A stretch of DNA of 64,000 nucleotides. Origin: a virus. Positions 7,959 through 16,524 of the stretch are shown piece after piece. The notes under the pieces were generated by a model, which was not told where the DNA came from, searched no databases, and saw nothing but the letters and a program-made list of their open reading frames with translations. A program made the position numbers and the translations under genes. The stretch is from positions 1 to 64,000 of IMG/VR virus record IMGVR_UViG_3300045988_035487; one strand, 5' to 3'. The first letter of the stretch is position 1. The number at the start of each line of letters is the position of its first letter.

Positions 7959-8046
7959 GGAGAGTTGGGTGAGTGGCTTAAACCAGTCCCCTGCTAAGGG
8001 ACCGAACCTCAAAAGGGTTCCGCTGGTTCGAATCCAGCACTCTCCG
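7959..8046 (+). tRNA. tRNA-Ser(GCT), type II
   Basis: Acceptor GGAGAGT/ACTCTCC. Anticodon stem GTCCC/GGGAC with loop CTGCTAA. Long variable arm CGAACCTCAAAAGGGTTCCG. T arm GCTGG-TTCGAAT-CCAGC. Confidence 0.85.
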
Positions 8047-8098
8047 CGCTGGCTAATAAGAGTTTGCGAAAATCATTATTAACCTAATTATTAGAATT

Positions 8099-8386
8099 AT
8101 GGTGAAGGTATTAAATTCAAGAGAATTGAGGAGTATAGATTTAAAATCTATTCCTGATGCAGTTATCTTAGCTTTTAATACTTTAATAGTTAAGAACTGG
8201 AGTGGTAAAGCTTCTGAATTTAAGCAATCAGATGTAATAGCCTATGTAGCATCTGAAGGTCTAACTGAAGAAGAAGTAATTAAGAACCATTGGTTAGATG
8301 TAGAACCTCTATATCGAGAGAATGGTTTTGATGTGAAGTATGTAAGATGTCCAGAAGGCAATAAGTTTGTATTCTGGAAGGCTTAA
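8099..8386 (+). CDS. hypothetical protein
   Basis: 95-aa ORF. Confidence 0.5.
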   Translation: MVKVLNSRELRSIDLKSIPDAVILAFNTLIVKNWSGKASEFKQSDVIAYVASEGLTEEEVIKNHWLDVEPLYRENGFDVKYVRCPEGNKFVFWKA

Positions 8387-8394
8387 TAAGGTAT

Positions 8395-8467
8395 ACTGGA
8401 TTCGACTAGTGGTTTAGGTCGACGCACTTTCTATGCGTAAACAGGGGTTCGAATCCCCTATCCAGTG
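8395..8467 (+). tRNA. tRNA-Glu(TTC)
   Basis: Acceptor ACTGGAT/ATCCAGT. Anticodon stem ACGCA/TGCGT with loop CTTTCTA. T arm AGGGG-TTCGAAT-CCCCT. Confidence 0.8.
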
Positions 8468-8496
8468 CATTAGTAATGAATTAATAATTACAGCTT

Positions 8497-9390
8497 ATGA
8501 AAGAATGTAACAAAGTATTCTTTGGCGAGAAGGGATTAACCCAAACTTCTGCCAATCACCTGGCTAATATAGCTAAGGAAACAGTAGAATCTAATAGACA
8601 AGCTTTAGATTCTGTAGGGTTTGTGAATGTCAATATTAGCTTGCTAAGTGGAGGTAACTCTAGGACTGTGAAGACAGGTAGAAATGAGGCATATCTTGAT
8701 AATGTGCCCACATTACTTCAAGAAGTTGCTAATATGAATGCCTTCTGTGCATGGATTCGTGAAGCTATTAAGGCTAGAGAAGAAGAACTTGAAATTATTA
8801 ACAGGTACACTTGGGATGTATATGCTACAGATGTAGCTGGATTCAAGTTGGACACCCCGATTAAGGGTCATATCCTTACCGAAGAGGAAGCAATTGCTTC
8901 ATTGAGCATTGCAGAACGTATGGAATATTACAGACTAGAAGCAGAAGCATCTGCTATTGGTAAGTATATTCATCCAATGCGTCCGTTTGCAAACGCCCGT
9001 AGAGCTTTAATGGATGCCTATACTAATCCTACTAAAGTTGAAGGTTCTGGTACTGACACAATCGTGTACTCGTATGACCCGTCTGTTAGTAGCGATAAGG
9101 TAGAGAATACATTCTTTGCATTACAGCAGAAACACAGAGACATATCAGCCAGACTTAATAAGATTAAGTTTAAGATTGATAAAATGGTAAAGGATTCTGA
9201 ATATGAAGTCAATCAGGCTTATAAACAAGCTGTTGATAGATTCAATTTGGATGCCAAAACCCTGTCTCAACAATGTGAAACTTGGAAAGTTGAAGAACGT
9301 AAGAAACTATTGGAACTTAAGATAGTAATTCCTAATGAGTTACAAGCAACTTATGAATTGCTAACTAAGATTTCCAATCCAGATAAATAG
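8497..9390 (+). CDS. hypothetical protein
   Basis: 297-aa ORF. Confidence 0.5.
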   Translation: MKECNKVFFGEKGLTQTSANHLANIAKETVESNRQALDSVGFVNVNISLLSGGNSRTVKTGRNEAYLDNVPTLLQEVANMNAFCAWIREAIKAREEELEIINRYTWDVYATDVAGFKLDTPIKGHILTEEEAIASLSIAERMEYYRLEAEASAIGKYIHPMRPFANARRALMDAYTNPTKVEGSGTDTIVYSYDPSVSSDKVENTFFALQQKHRDISARLNKIKFKIDKMVKDSEYEVNQAYKQAVDRFNLDAKTLSQQCETWKVEERKKLLELKIVIPNELQATYELLTKISNPDK

Positions 9391-9673
9391 GTGCTACAGT
9401 CTTGAATCTCATTGGATTCTAACATAGCTTTGCGTGAGTAGTATGAATTGCATCAAAGACTCTAGTCGATGCATTGTCGACAAATTAATCGTGTTCTGTA
9501 TTTCATACAGGGACGATTTCCAGCATAATTAAGTATTATTAATTCAAACCCTGTCAGTCTATTGCGAAGTTACAAAATTCCTTTGACTTTGCCCTAGATA
9601 GCAATAGGCTGGTCTTTGACTTTAATCTTAATTTTGTCATAGTTGCAATTAACTACTCACGACTATTTAACAT

Positions 9674-9745
9674 ACTGCTATCTACTAAGGGTTAGGTAAT
9701 CAGTCTCTCACACTGAAAATACGGGTTCGAATCCCGTTGGCAGTA
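9674..9745 (+). tRNA. tRNA-Glu(CTC) (tentative)
   Basis: Acceptor ACTGCTA/TGGCAGT (one G-U). 3-bp D stem. Anticodon stem TCAGT/ACTGA with loop CTCTCAC. T arm ACGGG-TTCGAAT-CCCGT. Confidence 0.55.
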
Positions 9746-10050
9746 CCTCGTACATAATCCTTCCAATCAGGTAACTGGTTAGGCAATAATAATCATGTAC
9801 ACTCTAAGGCAACGTAAGGGATGGAAGCTTAGACGGTAGCTAGCACTGTAGTACGCAATGGTGGGATAGAAACGGCTAGCACCCACTTTCTATGAATTGC
9901 CATGTCCCATTTGGCACATCTGAATAGTGATTGTGAGTTGGACACACGATTACAGTAAGAGAATGACTCAGCTAGCGGGAAGGGACAATATCTGAATAAC
10001 TGATTGCTAGTCCAAGCATAGGTTTTGAGGGTAGGTTAAGCAAGCTTCAT

Positions 10051-10124
10051 GGTGCATTCGTTCAGTGGTCTAGGACGCCACCCTGTCACGGTGGATATCA
10101 CGAGTTCGAATCTCGTATGCACCG
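10051..10124 (+). tRNA. tRNA-Asp(GTC)
   Basis: Acceptor GGTGCAT/ATGCACC. Anticodon stem CCACC/GGTGG with loop CTGTCAC. T arm ACGAG-TTCGAAT-CTCGT. Confidence 0.85.
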
Positions 10125-10182
10125 CTTTCTTTGATTTACAAAGGAGATGTCAGCACACTTGGTAACATCGTCTCCTGTTTAT

Positions 10183-10265
10183 GCCGACTTCGCATAGTGG
10201 TTGATTGCACGTGACTTGTAATCACGAGAGGAAACTCCACGTCAGTTCGAATCTGACAGTCGGCT
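10183..10265 (+). tRNA. type II (long variable arm, 3-bp D stem) tRNA with apparent anticodon TGT
   Basis: Acceptor GCCGACT/AGTCGGC. D arm GCA-TAGTGGTTGAT-TGC. Anticodon stem CGTGA/TCACG with loop CTTGTAA. 14-nt variable arm containing a GAG-GAAA-CTC hairpin. T arm GTCAG-TTCGAAT-CTGAC. 83 nt in total. Confidence 0.55.
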
Positions 10266-10352
10266 CGATTGTAATCCTAGATGATTACAGTTAGATTATA
10301 AATTACCACACAGAGATGCTTATTGAATTTAACATGTTAAATGTAAGTGTAA

Positions 10353-10733
10353 ATGAGCAGTTTTAAAGAGAAATTAAGTAAGAGTGGACAAAGTGTACTT
10401 GATGCAAGAGCACAGAATCTGTACGAATTGGCTAAAATCGAGGAAGACAGATTTGTTCAGGATTGTAAGTTGAAAGTACTCCGCATTCAGGGAGAAATCA
10501 ACAAACACAATGACCTGGCTGTTAAATCAAGAGACTCTTTGAATCCGGGAGAAGGACTGAATCCGGCTGAATGGGTAAGAACAAGACATGAATTGGCACG
10601 TAAACTACGTGTTGCAAAGATTGAACTTGCTCTAGCTATGCAAGTCGATGCAGAAGAATTTCCCGCTGATGCATCAGAATCCATTAATTTGGATGACGTG
10701 AAAGATGACGCTGCTGCAATTGTAAATGAATAA
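10353..10733 (+). CDS. hypothetical protein
   Basis: 126-aa ORF with an acidic C-terminus. Confidence 0.5.
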   Translation: MSSFKEKLSKSGQSVLDARAQNLYELAKIEEDRFVQDCKLKVLRIQGEINKHNDLAVKSRDSLNPGEGLNPAEWVRTRHELARKLRVAKIELALAMQVDAEEFPADASESINLDDVKDDAAAIVNE

Positions 10734-10736
10734 TTT

Positions 10737-11669
10737 ATGGGAGCAGGTAGTTATTCTAGAATTGCTTATGATGTAGAGGCCAGCAGTAGAGGTTTGTACA
10801 CCTCTACTAGGGATGAACTCTTTAGTAGCCATGCCATTAACGCATGTAATACTGCTGCATCGCTTAACAACAATGTTAGGCAGTATAACACGCAGATAAG
10901 GCAAGAAATGGTTAACGTGGGTGTTCGTGAATCTCGTGATTCTAAAGAACATCCTTTCTCTACTCCGATAATCATTGCGCTAGACGTTACTGGTTCAATG
11001 ATGGACACACCTTATGAAATGATTAGAGACCAATTCCCTAAGATTATGGACTCTCTCATTCAACTAGGTGTACGTGACCCACAAATCATGTTTATGGCAG
11101 TTGGGGACCACGTTTATGACCGATATCCAATTCAAATTGGCCAGTTTGAGTCTGATACAGCTAAAATCCTTGACACTTTACAATCATTCGTGATTGAAGG
11201 TGGTGGAGGAGGTAATAGAGGTGAAAGCTATCTACTAGCTCATATTGTGGCAGGTTATCATACCGAAACTGATTCCTGGTTTGAAAGACACACTAAGGGA
11301 TTCCTATTTACTATTGGAGATGAACCAAATCTCGATAAGGTAGAGGGGTGTTACTTAGAACGTGTTCTAGGGTATCAAAAAGGTGCTAAAACCATTACTT
11401 GTCAAGAAGCCCTTGACAAAGCAAAGGAACAGTACCATGTATTCCACATTCACATTACTAATGCCAGTCATGGCTCAAGGGTTGCTGAATCTTGGAAGAC
11501 TTTACTTGGACAGAATGTATTGACATGTGCATCTGGAGAAGTAGACAAGGTGATTGTCACCGCAATTAAAGAGAACTATGAGGAGCCTGTTGAAGGCTTA
11601 GCTCCTAGTGCTTCTGTTAGTCAGGAATGGCAGGATGTGCCGTCTGATAATAATGACAAATTTTATTAA
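10737..11669 (+). CDS. von Willebrand factor A (vWA) domain protein
   Basis: MIDAS-like motif IIIALDVTGSMMD, followed by a Rossmann-like alternation of hydrophobic strands. Confidence 0.55.
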   Translation: MGAGSYSRIAYDVEASSRGLYTSTRDELFSSHAINACNTAASLNNNVRQYNTQIRQEMVNVGVRESRDSKEHPFSTPIIIALDVTGSMMDTPYEMIRDQFPKIMDSLIQLGVRDPQIMFMAVGDHVYDRYPIQIGQFESDTAKILDTLQSFVIEGGGGGNRGESYLLAHIVAGYHTETDSWFERHTKGFLFTIGDEPNLDKVEGCYLERVLGYQKGAKTITCQEALDKAKEQYHVFHIHITNASHGSRVAESWKTLLGQNVLTCASGEVDKVIVTAIKENYEEPVEGLAPSASVSQEWQDVPSDNNDKFY

Positions 11670-11703
11670 ACTGAAATGATTAGTATTGTATTAGGAACAG
11701 TAC

Positions 11704-12453
11704 ATGGGTAAGAAATTGACCGAGGAGGAAGTAATATCTAGGTTTAGAGATGTTCATGGAGACAAATACGACTATAGTAAAGTCGTCTATGTAGATATGA
11801 ACTCTAAAGTAACCATTATATGTCCGGAGCATGGAGAGTTTGAACAAACTCCCGCCAAACACATTAATAGGAAGCATGGATGCCCTAAATGTAAGGGTAC
11901 TAAACTAAGAAACCACTTCTCTTCTACTACCGAAGAATTTGTAAGGAAGGCTGTTAGCAAACATGGCGACAGATATAACTACTCTAAAGTAGAGTATGTT
12001 AATTCTAGAACTAAGGTTTGTATCATGTGCAAAAAGCACGGGGAATTTTACGTAACTCCAGATAACCATCTAAAAGGACGTGGATGTCCTAGATGCAAAC
12101 AGTCTCGTGGAGAGAACATGATTGAAGCGTGGTTACAACGAAATAATATTCGTTATGAACGACAATTCGTATTGATTAACCAGGAGATAGACAGGCCCTC
12201 ACATAGATTAGTTATTGATTTCTTTGTAAAGCATAAAGGACGTCAGTATTTCATAGAGTACGATGGGGAACAGCACTTCAGCCCAACCTATAGATTCTAT
12301 GATAGCATGGCTGATTTCCAAATGCAGCAATACAGGGACCAGCTACTTAATGATTTCTGTGATAGACATAAGGATGCAGTTACCTTGATAAGGGTGAATT
12401 GTAGACAATGTGAAGCAGAGATAACTCATACATTAAGTAGCACAATAGCATAA
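11704..12453 (+). CDS. triple zinc-ribbon repeat protein with C-terminal restriction-endonuclease-like (DUF559/Vsr-like) domain
   Basis: The motif C-x-HGEF...GCPxCK occurs three times. The C-terminus (ERQFVLINQEIDRPSHRLVIDFFVKHKGRQYFIEYDGEQHF) resembles a PD-(D/E)XK homing or Vsr-like nuclease. Confidence 0.45.
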   Translation: MGKKLTEEEVISRFRDVHGDKYDYSKVVYVDMNSKVTIICPEHGEFEQTPAKHINRKHGCPKCKGTKLRNHFSSTTEEFVRKAVSKHGDRYNYSKVEYVNSRTKVCIMCKKHGEFYVTPDNHLKGRGCPRCKQSRGENMIEAWLQRNNIRYERQFVLINQEIDRPSHRLVIDFFVKHKGRQYFIEYDGEQHFSPTYRFYDSMADFQMQQYRDQLLNDFCDRHKDAVTLIRVNCRQCEAEITHTLSSTIA

Positions 12454-12457
12454 TTTT

Positions 12458-13525
12458 ATGATAAATATAGTTTTAGGTAGTTTCTTCGGCGATTGCGGTA
12501 AGGGACAGACAGTTCACAACTTATGTAACAAGTACATAGGTAAGCGAGAGTCTGTGTTAGTAGTCAGGTTTAGTGGTGGACATCAAGTAGGACATACTGT
12601 AAAGCATGGAGACATGATGCACACCTTTAGTAACTTTGGCAGCGGAACCTTACTTGGAGTGCCGACGTATTGGTCCGAATACTGTACTGTAGACCCAATT
12701 ACCTCTATGTTAGAGGGTGCAGACTTAGCTAAAATGGGAGTTCATCCCATTGTTCAGTATCACCCTCACTGCCAAGTTGTAATTCCCTTCGATGTCTATT
12801 CCCAAGTTAATAATGAAGAGAACTTACGACATGGTACTGTAGGTACAGGGTTTAAAGCTTGTTTGGACCGAGTTAAGGCAGGATACAGCTTAACAGTTGT
12901 AGATTGTATGAATCCTTACATACTACGTGAGAAATTAAATGCCATAGTGGATAACTATTACAACATGTCTAGTAAATATCCCTCGATAGACCTAGACAAC
13001 TGGTGTAGGTTAGCACATGCTTATTTCTTACATACAGGTACGGTTAATGAAGATTGCTTGTTAAACTATGACAACCTAGTGTTTGAAGGTTCACAGGGAA
13101 TATTGCTTGACCAAAGATTCGGCATAATGCCTTATTGCACTCCGTCTAATACAACTTCACAAAACGCTTACGAGCTGTTGCGGAAAGCAGGCATACGTAA
13201 AGAAATCCAAACTTGTTATGTAACTCGTCCTTATATAACAAGGCATGGTAACGGCCCATTTCCTTCTGGAATGTCTGTTAGGGATGTCGATGACCCTAAT
13301 AATAAGTTCAACGATTTCCAGAAGACGCTTAGGGCTATTGATTTCGACAAAGACCTATTCGCACACAGTGTACGCATTAACCGTTCATTTAAAGTTCCTT
13401 ATAGGAATGAACGAACGGAGAAATTGTACGTATCACATTGGGATGAAGCATCTGACGCAGAGCAAGAAATGCTAGCGAATCTATGGATGTCGATACAGCC
13501 CATGATATTCGATAAGTTAGTTTAG
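12458..13525 (+). CDS. adenylosuccinate synthetase (PurA) family enzyme, short form (PurZ-like candidate)
   Basis: Matches PurA motifs: GDCGKGQ (P-loop GDEGKGK), VVRFSGGHQVGHTV (VVRYQGGHNAGHTL), GTVGTGFK, VFEGSQGILLDQRFGIMPYCTPSNTT, RPYITRHGNGPFPS. Only 355 aa, against about 430 aa for cellular PurA. Confidence 0.75.
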   Translation: MINIVLGSFFGDCGKGQTVHNLCNKYIGKRESVLVVRFSGGHQVGHTVKHGDMMHTFSNFGSGTLLGVPTYWSEYCTVDPITSMLEGADLAKMGVHPIVQYHPHCQVVIPFDVYSQVNNEENLRHGTVGTGFKACLDRVKAGYSLTVVDCMNPYILREKLNAIVDNYYNMSSKYPSIDLDNWCRLAHAYFLHTGTVNEDCLLNYDNLVFEGSQGILLDQRFGIMPYCTPSNTTSQNAYELLRKAGIRKEIQTCYVTRPYITRHGNGPFPSGMSVRDVDDPNNKFNDFQKTLRAIDFDKDLFAHSVRINRSFKVPYRNERTEKLYVSHWDEASDAEQEMLANLWMSIQPMIFDKLV

Positions 13526-13545
13526 GAGTCTTCGGACTCCTTTTA
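13525..13545 (+). terminator. hairpin GGAGTC-TTCG-GACTCC + TTTT
   Basis: Perfect 6-bp stem with tetraloop and a T-run, immediately after the purA-like stop. Confidence 0.55.
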
Positions 13546-13546
13546 C

Positions 13547-13618
13547 TGGGCTATGGTGTAGTGGTAGTCACACAAGGTTTTGGCTCTTGTAGCCCAGGTT
13601 CGAATCCTGGTAGCCCAA
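13547..13618 (+). tRNA. tRNA-Gln(TTG)
   Basis: Acceptor TGGGCTA/TAGCCCA. Anticodon stem CAAGG/TCTTG with loop TTTTGGC. T arm CCAGG-TTCGAAT-CCTGG. Confidence 0.75.
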
Positions 13619-13714
13619 CTACTAATTATTTCAGTTTAAAATAGAATTTATCATGAAGTCACTAACAACACTACTCTTTGAGAACTGTTAATTGTGAGTA
13701 AACATGGGCGTTCG

Positions 13715-13788
13715 GGGCCCGTATCTCAATCGGTTAGAGAAACTGACTCATAATCAGGAGGTTGTCGGTTCAAGTCCGGCCGGGCCCA
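13715..13788 (+). tRNA. tRNA-Met(CAT)
   Basis: Acceptor GGGCCCG/CGGGCCC. Anticodon loop CTCATAA. T arm GTCGG-TTCAAGT-CCGGC. Confidence 0.75.
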
Positions 13789-13800
13789 CACAGTTAATAG

Positions 13801-14073
13801 TTGAATCGAATGAGTACGGTAGTAGGTAGCATTGACGGCTACGATGTCATTTATGTGGAAGGCAAGAATATGATATTCTGTAAGAATACTATATTACCCT
13901 TTCCACTCATTAAAAGAATTATCAGAGGAGGTCTATGTAGGGAAACAATCGAAGAGAAGAACCTGACTATCACTCAAGACGGTTCTATTATTCAACTTGG
14001 TTGTTTAACTACAACAAGAGAGAATTGTGAGGCAATCATTAAAGAAGTAAATAAGATTAATAAACCTAATTAA
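13801..14073 (+). CDS. hypothetical protein
   Basis: 90-aa ORF. Confidence 0.4.
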   Translation: MNRMSTVVGSIDGYDVIYVEGKNMIFCKNTILPFPLIKRIIRGGLCRETIEEKNLTITQDGSIIQLGCLTTTRENCEAIIKEVNKINKPN

Positions 14074-14076
14074 GTA

Positions 14077-15534
14077 ATGGCAAAGAACATTATTCCGCAA
14101 GGAACTACAGCTGCTATTAAGCAGAGAGTTAACAAGTACGAGGAAACTCAGAAACAGAGAATGATTGAAGTGCTCCAAAGCAACGTGAAGTATGCTGATG
14201 CTCTGGGATTCATCGAAGGTGAAATCAAACAGTCCAAGAAAATGGCAAGTTTCAAATACTCGCTGCTTTGTTGGAAACCGGACGGTGTATATCAGTTGAA
14301 CAGAGCAATCAATGAAATCTTCGGTTCTGCCGTTAGTAAGGAGGATAACAGTCCTTCTGGAAACAGCAATATTGATACCGTAGACGTTGTTCTGGCAGAC
14401 GGTTCTCGTACCAAGGTTCCGTTTGGTAAAATCAGCCTTGAAGAATTGGGAGAAGATTCTGAAATCAACATCAACTATGACAATGACCGTCATTTGCTCC
14501 TTATTAAAGGACAATGCCAGTTCAAATACCAGTCATTAATTGATGACATTGTTGACAGAACTAAAGAGCTATTAGCATCAGAATCTATCTACAAAAACCA
14601 GGCTTTGGAAATCAGCAATCTGTCTGAACCTACTATCATGACACTTGCCGGCATTGAGAAACAATTCATGGTTCTTTCTAAGAAGACTGAATTTGAATTG
14701 CAACCGCTACGCTCAAGAATCTTGTATCCGGAGAAATGTCTGGCTAAAGGTATTCCATTGAAGTACGGTTGTTTGCTGGAAGGTAAATATGGTACAGGTA
14801 AGACCTTGCTGGCATTTAAGCTGGCTAAAGATGCTGTGACAAACGGCTGGTCATTCGTGTATTTGAAGAATCCTTCTCTTCTTGCAGAAACTCTGCGCAT
14901 GTGTAAAGTTGTTGACCGTTCGGGTCATGGTGTTGTCGTATTTGTTGAAGATATTGACCAAGTAACTAGAGGTAACAGAGATGCTGCAATGCAAGACATC
15001 CTGAATACTCTGGACGGTGGTGATACCAAAGATATGAACGTAATCACCTTGTTCACTACTAATCACATTGAATTGATTGAACCTACCTTCTTGAGAGGTA
15101 AGAGAATCGGCTCTGTGATTACTATGGACTGCCTGGACGCTGAAACTGCGGAGAAATTCATCCGTTCTACCTTCACCGCTGAAGAAGGATATACAATCGA
15201 CGATGATTTGAGTGAAGTATGTAACTACATTCAAGAAGCTGAAATTGCTCCGGCATTTATGGCTGAAATCGTTGAATCAACCAAATCCAAACTCATCTTT
15301 ACAGAAGAAACCCATGTAACATCGTTCCATATCAAAGCTAGCGTTGAATCTTATCAACGTCAACTTGGACTCGCATCCAAGAAAGCTGTTGTGGAAACTC
15401 CGGCTGAAAGATTGGTAAATGCTCTCAAACTCGTTCTGGGTACAGAGAAGCTTGAAGCAATTACTCAGATGTGTGAGTATGAGTGGGAACTTGACCGTAA
15501 GGACTATTCTACGGAGAAGAAGGACAACAAATAA
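14077..15534 (+). CDS. AAA+ ATPase (classic AAA family) with unique N-terminal domain
   Basis: Walker A LEGKYGTGKTLLA. Walker B VVFVEDIDQV. Sensor region FTTNHIELIEPTFLRGKRIG. 485 aa. Confidence 0.75.
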   Translation: MAKNIIPQGTTAAIKQRVNKYEETQKQRMIEVLQSNVKYADALGFIEGEIKQSKKMASFKYSLLCWKPDGVYQLNRAINEIFGSAVSKEDNSPSGNSNIDTVDVVLADGSRTKVPFGKISLEELGEDSEININYDNDRHLLLIKGQCQFKYQSLIDDIVDRTKELLASESIYKNQALEISNLSEPTIMTLAGIEKQFMVLSKKTEFELQPLRSRILYPEKCLAKGIPLKYGCLLEGKYGTGKTLLAFKLAKDAVTNGWSFVYLKNPSLLAETLRMCKVVDRSGHGVVVFVEDIDQVTRGNRDAAMQDILNTLDGGDTKDMNVITLFTTNHIELIEPTFLRGKRIGSVITMDCLDAETAEKFIRSTFTAEEGYTIDDDLSEVCNYIQEAEIAPAFMAEIVESTKSKLIFTEETHVTSFHIKASVESYQRQLGLASKKAVVETPAERLVNALKLVLGTEKLEAITQMCEYEWELDRKDYSTEKKDNK

Positions 15535-15539
15535 ACCTT

Positions 15540-15570
15540 GGAGGGCGGGAGTAATCTCGCTCTCCTTTTA
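15540..15570 (+). terminator. rho-independent terminator (GGAGGGCG...CGCTCTCC + TTTTATT)
   Basis: 8-bp GC-rich stem (one G-U) followed by a T-run, 6 nt after the AAA ATPase stop. Confidence 0.6.
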
Positions 15571-15581
15571 TTAACAACTAA

Positions 15582-15800
15582 ATGAAACATTTATTGGTAT
15601 TCCTATTAGTCTTATTAATGTCTGCAACTAAGGTGGATACTACACCTAGAGACTTTCATGTAAGTATAGTAGGAGAAGAGAAAGTAGAACAATTTGAATC
15701 CAAATTCCCTCAAATAGTTAAGGACGAAGCTGTGTATATTGCATATCTCCAGCGATACTATAAGGGACATGAAGATGAATTTATCGATTTGATAAAGTAA
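15582..15800 (+). CDS. small secreted protein (N-terminal signal peptide)
   Basis: Begins MKHLLVFLLVLLMSATKV. Confidence 0.35.
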   Translation: MKHLLVFLLVLLMSATKVDTTPRDFHVSIVGEEKVEQFESKFPQIVKDEAVYIAYLQRYYKGHEDEFIDLIK

Positions 15801-15804
15801 CAAT

Positions 15805-15886
15805 GGGGTAGTGCTGGAATTGGCAGACAGGCTTGGTTTAGGCCCAAGTGTCTTCGGGCGTGTGAGTTCGAGTCTCACCTACCCTA
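15805..15886 (+). tRNA. tRNA-Leu(TAG), type II
   Basis: Acceptor GGGGTAG/CTACCCT. Anticodon stem CTTGG/CCAAG with loop TTTAGGC. Long variable arm TGTCTTCGGGCGTG. T arm GTGAG-TTCGAGT-CTCAC. Confidence 0.8.
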
Positions 15887-16065
15887 CTAGATTATTAACT
15901 ATTAAATGTATTTAATTATGGTAGAAACTTTAAGTGAGCTGCTTGAAAATGCAGCTAACGTAGCAGAGGACAACGGTGGTAAGCTTTCTATAGCAAGTGC
16001 GGCAGTATTAATTGCTGAAGCTTACGAGTTAGGAATGGATAAGGCAACTAAATTATTGACAGAAG

Positions 16066-16524
16066 ATGCCGACAATTGTTGATATGAGACCACCAGCTAA
16101 CACTTTCAGACATACAACTTTGATAGTAATATGGCTGGTGGTGTGCTTAGTAGGACTAGGAGGATGTAAATCTAACTTAGTTAAAGAAACCTGTATTGAC
16201 AAACCTGTGTGGACTACAGTAGTTGCTAAGGACTGTTATACCGAAACAGTTAATCAACAGACGCATACTGTATATGAGCTTACACTAATAGCCGACGGTA
16301 GGGACAATCAGTTCAAACTACGTGTAGACAAACCAACCTATGATAGAGCTTTTATTAATAACAAGCCTAATAGGCTTAGCTTTAATCTTAATAGAAGTGA
16401 TTATGGGACTGGTTGGGAACCACTAATTGTTGCATTATACTTCATTATGCTCGTTGGCGGGCTAGCATGTGTGATAATTGAAGGTATAAAATACATGATT
16501 GATATTAAAGAACATTTATCATAG
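16066..16524 (+). CDS. membrane protein
   Basis: Two TM segments, LIVIWLVVCLVGLGG and LIVALYFIMLVGGLACVII. Confidence 0.45.
   Translation: MPTIVDMRPPANTFRHTTLIVIWLVVCLVGLGGCKSNLVKETCIDKPVWTTVVAKDCYTETVNQQTHTVYELTLIADGRDNQFKLRVDKPTYDRAFINNKPNRLSFNLNRSDYGTGWEPLIVALYFIMLVGGLACVIIEGIKYMIDIKEHLS

Noticed and set aside
12458-13525. Calling the PurA-like gene definitively purZ in a complete Z-genome cluster
   Set aside because: No HD-domain DatZ or MazG-like MazZ is recognisable among the flanking ORFs, so only a PurA-family, PurZ-like candidate call is justified.
15615-15878. Minus-strand ORF overlapping tRNA-Leu(TAG) and a small + strand ORF
   Set aside because: Same reasoning: it is spurious antisense of a tRNA.
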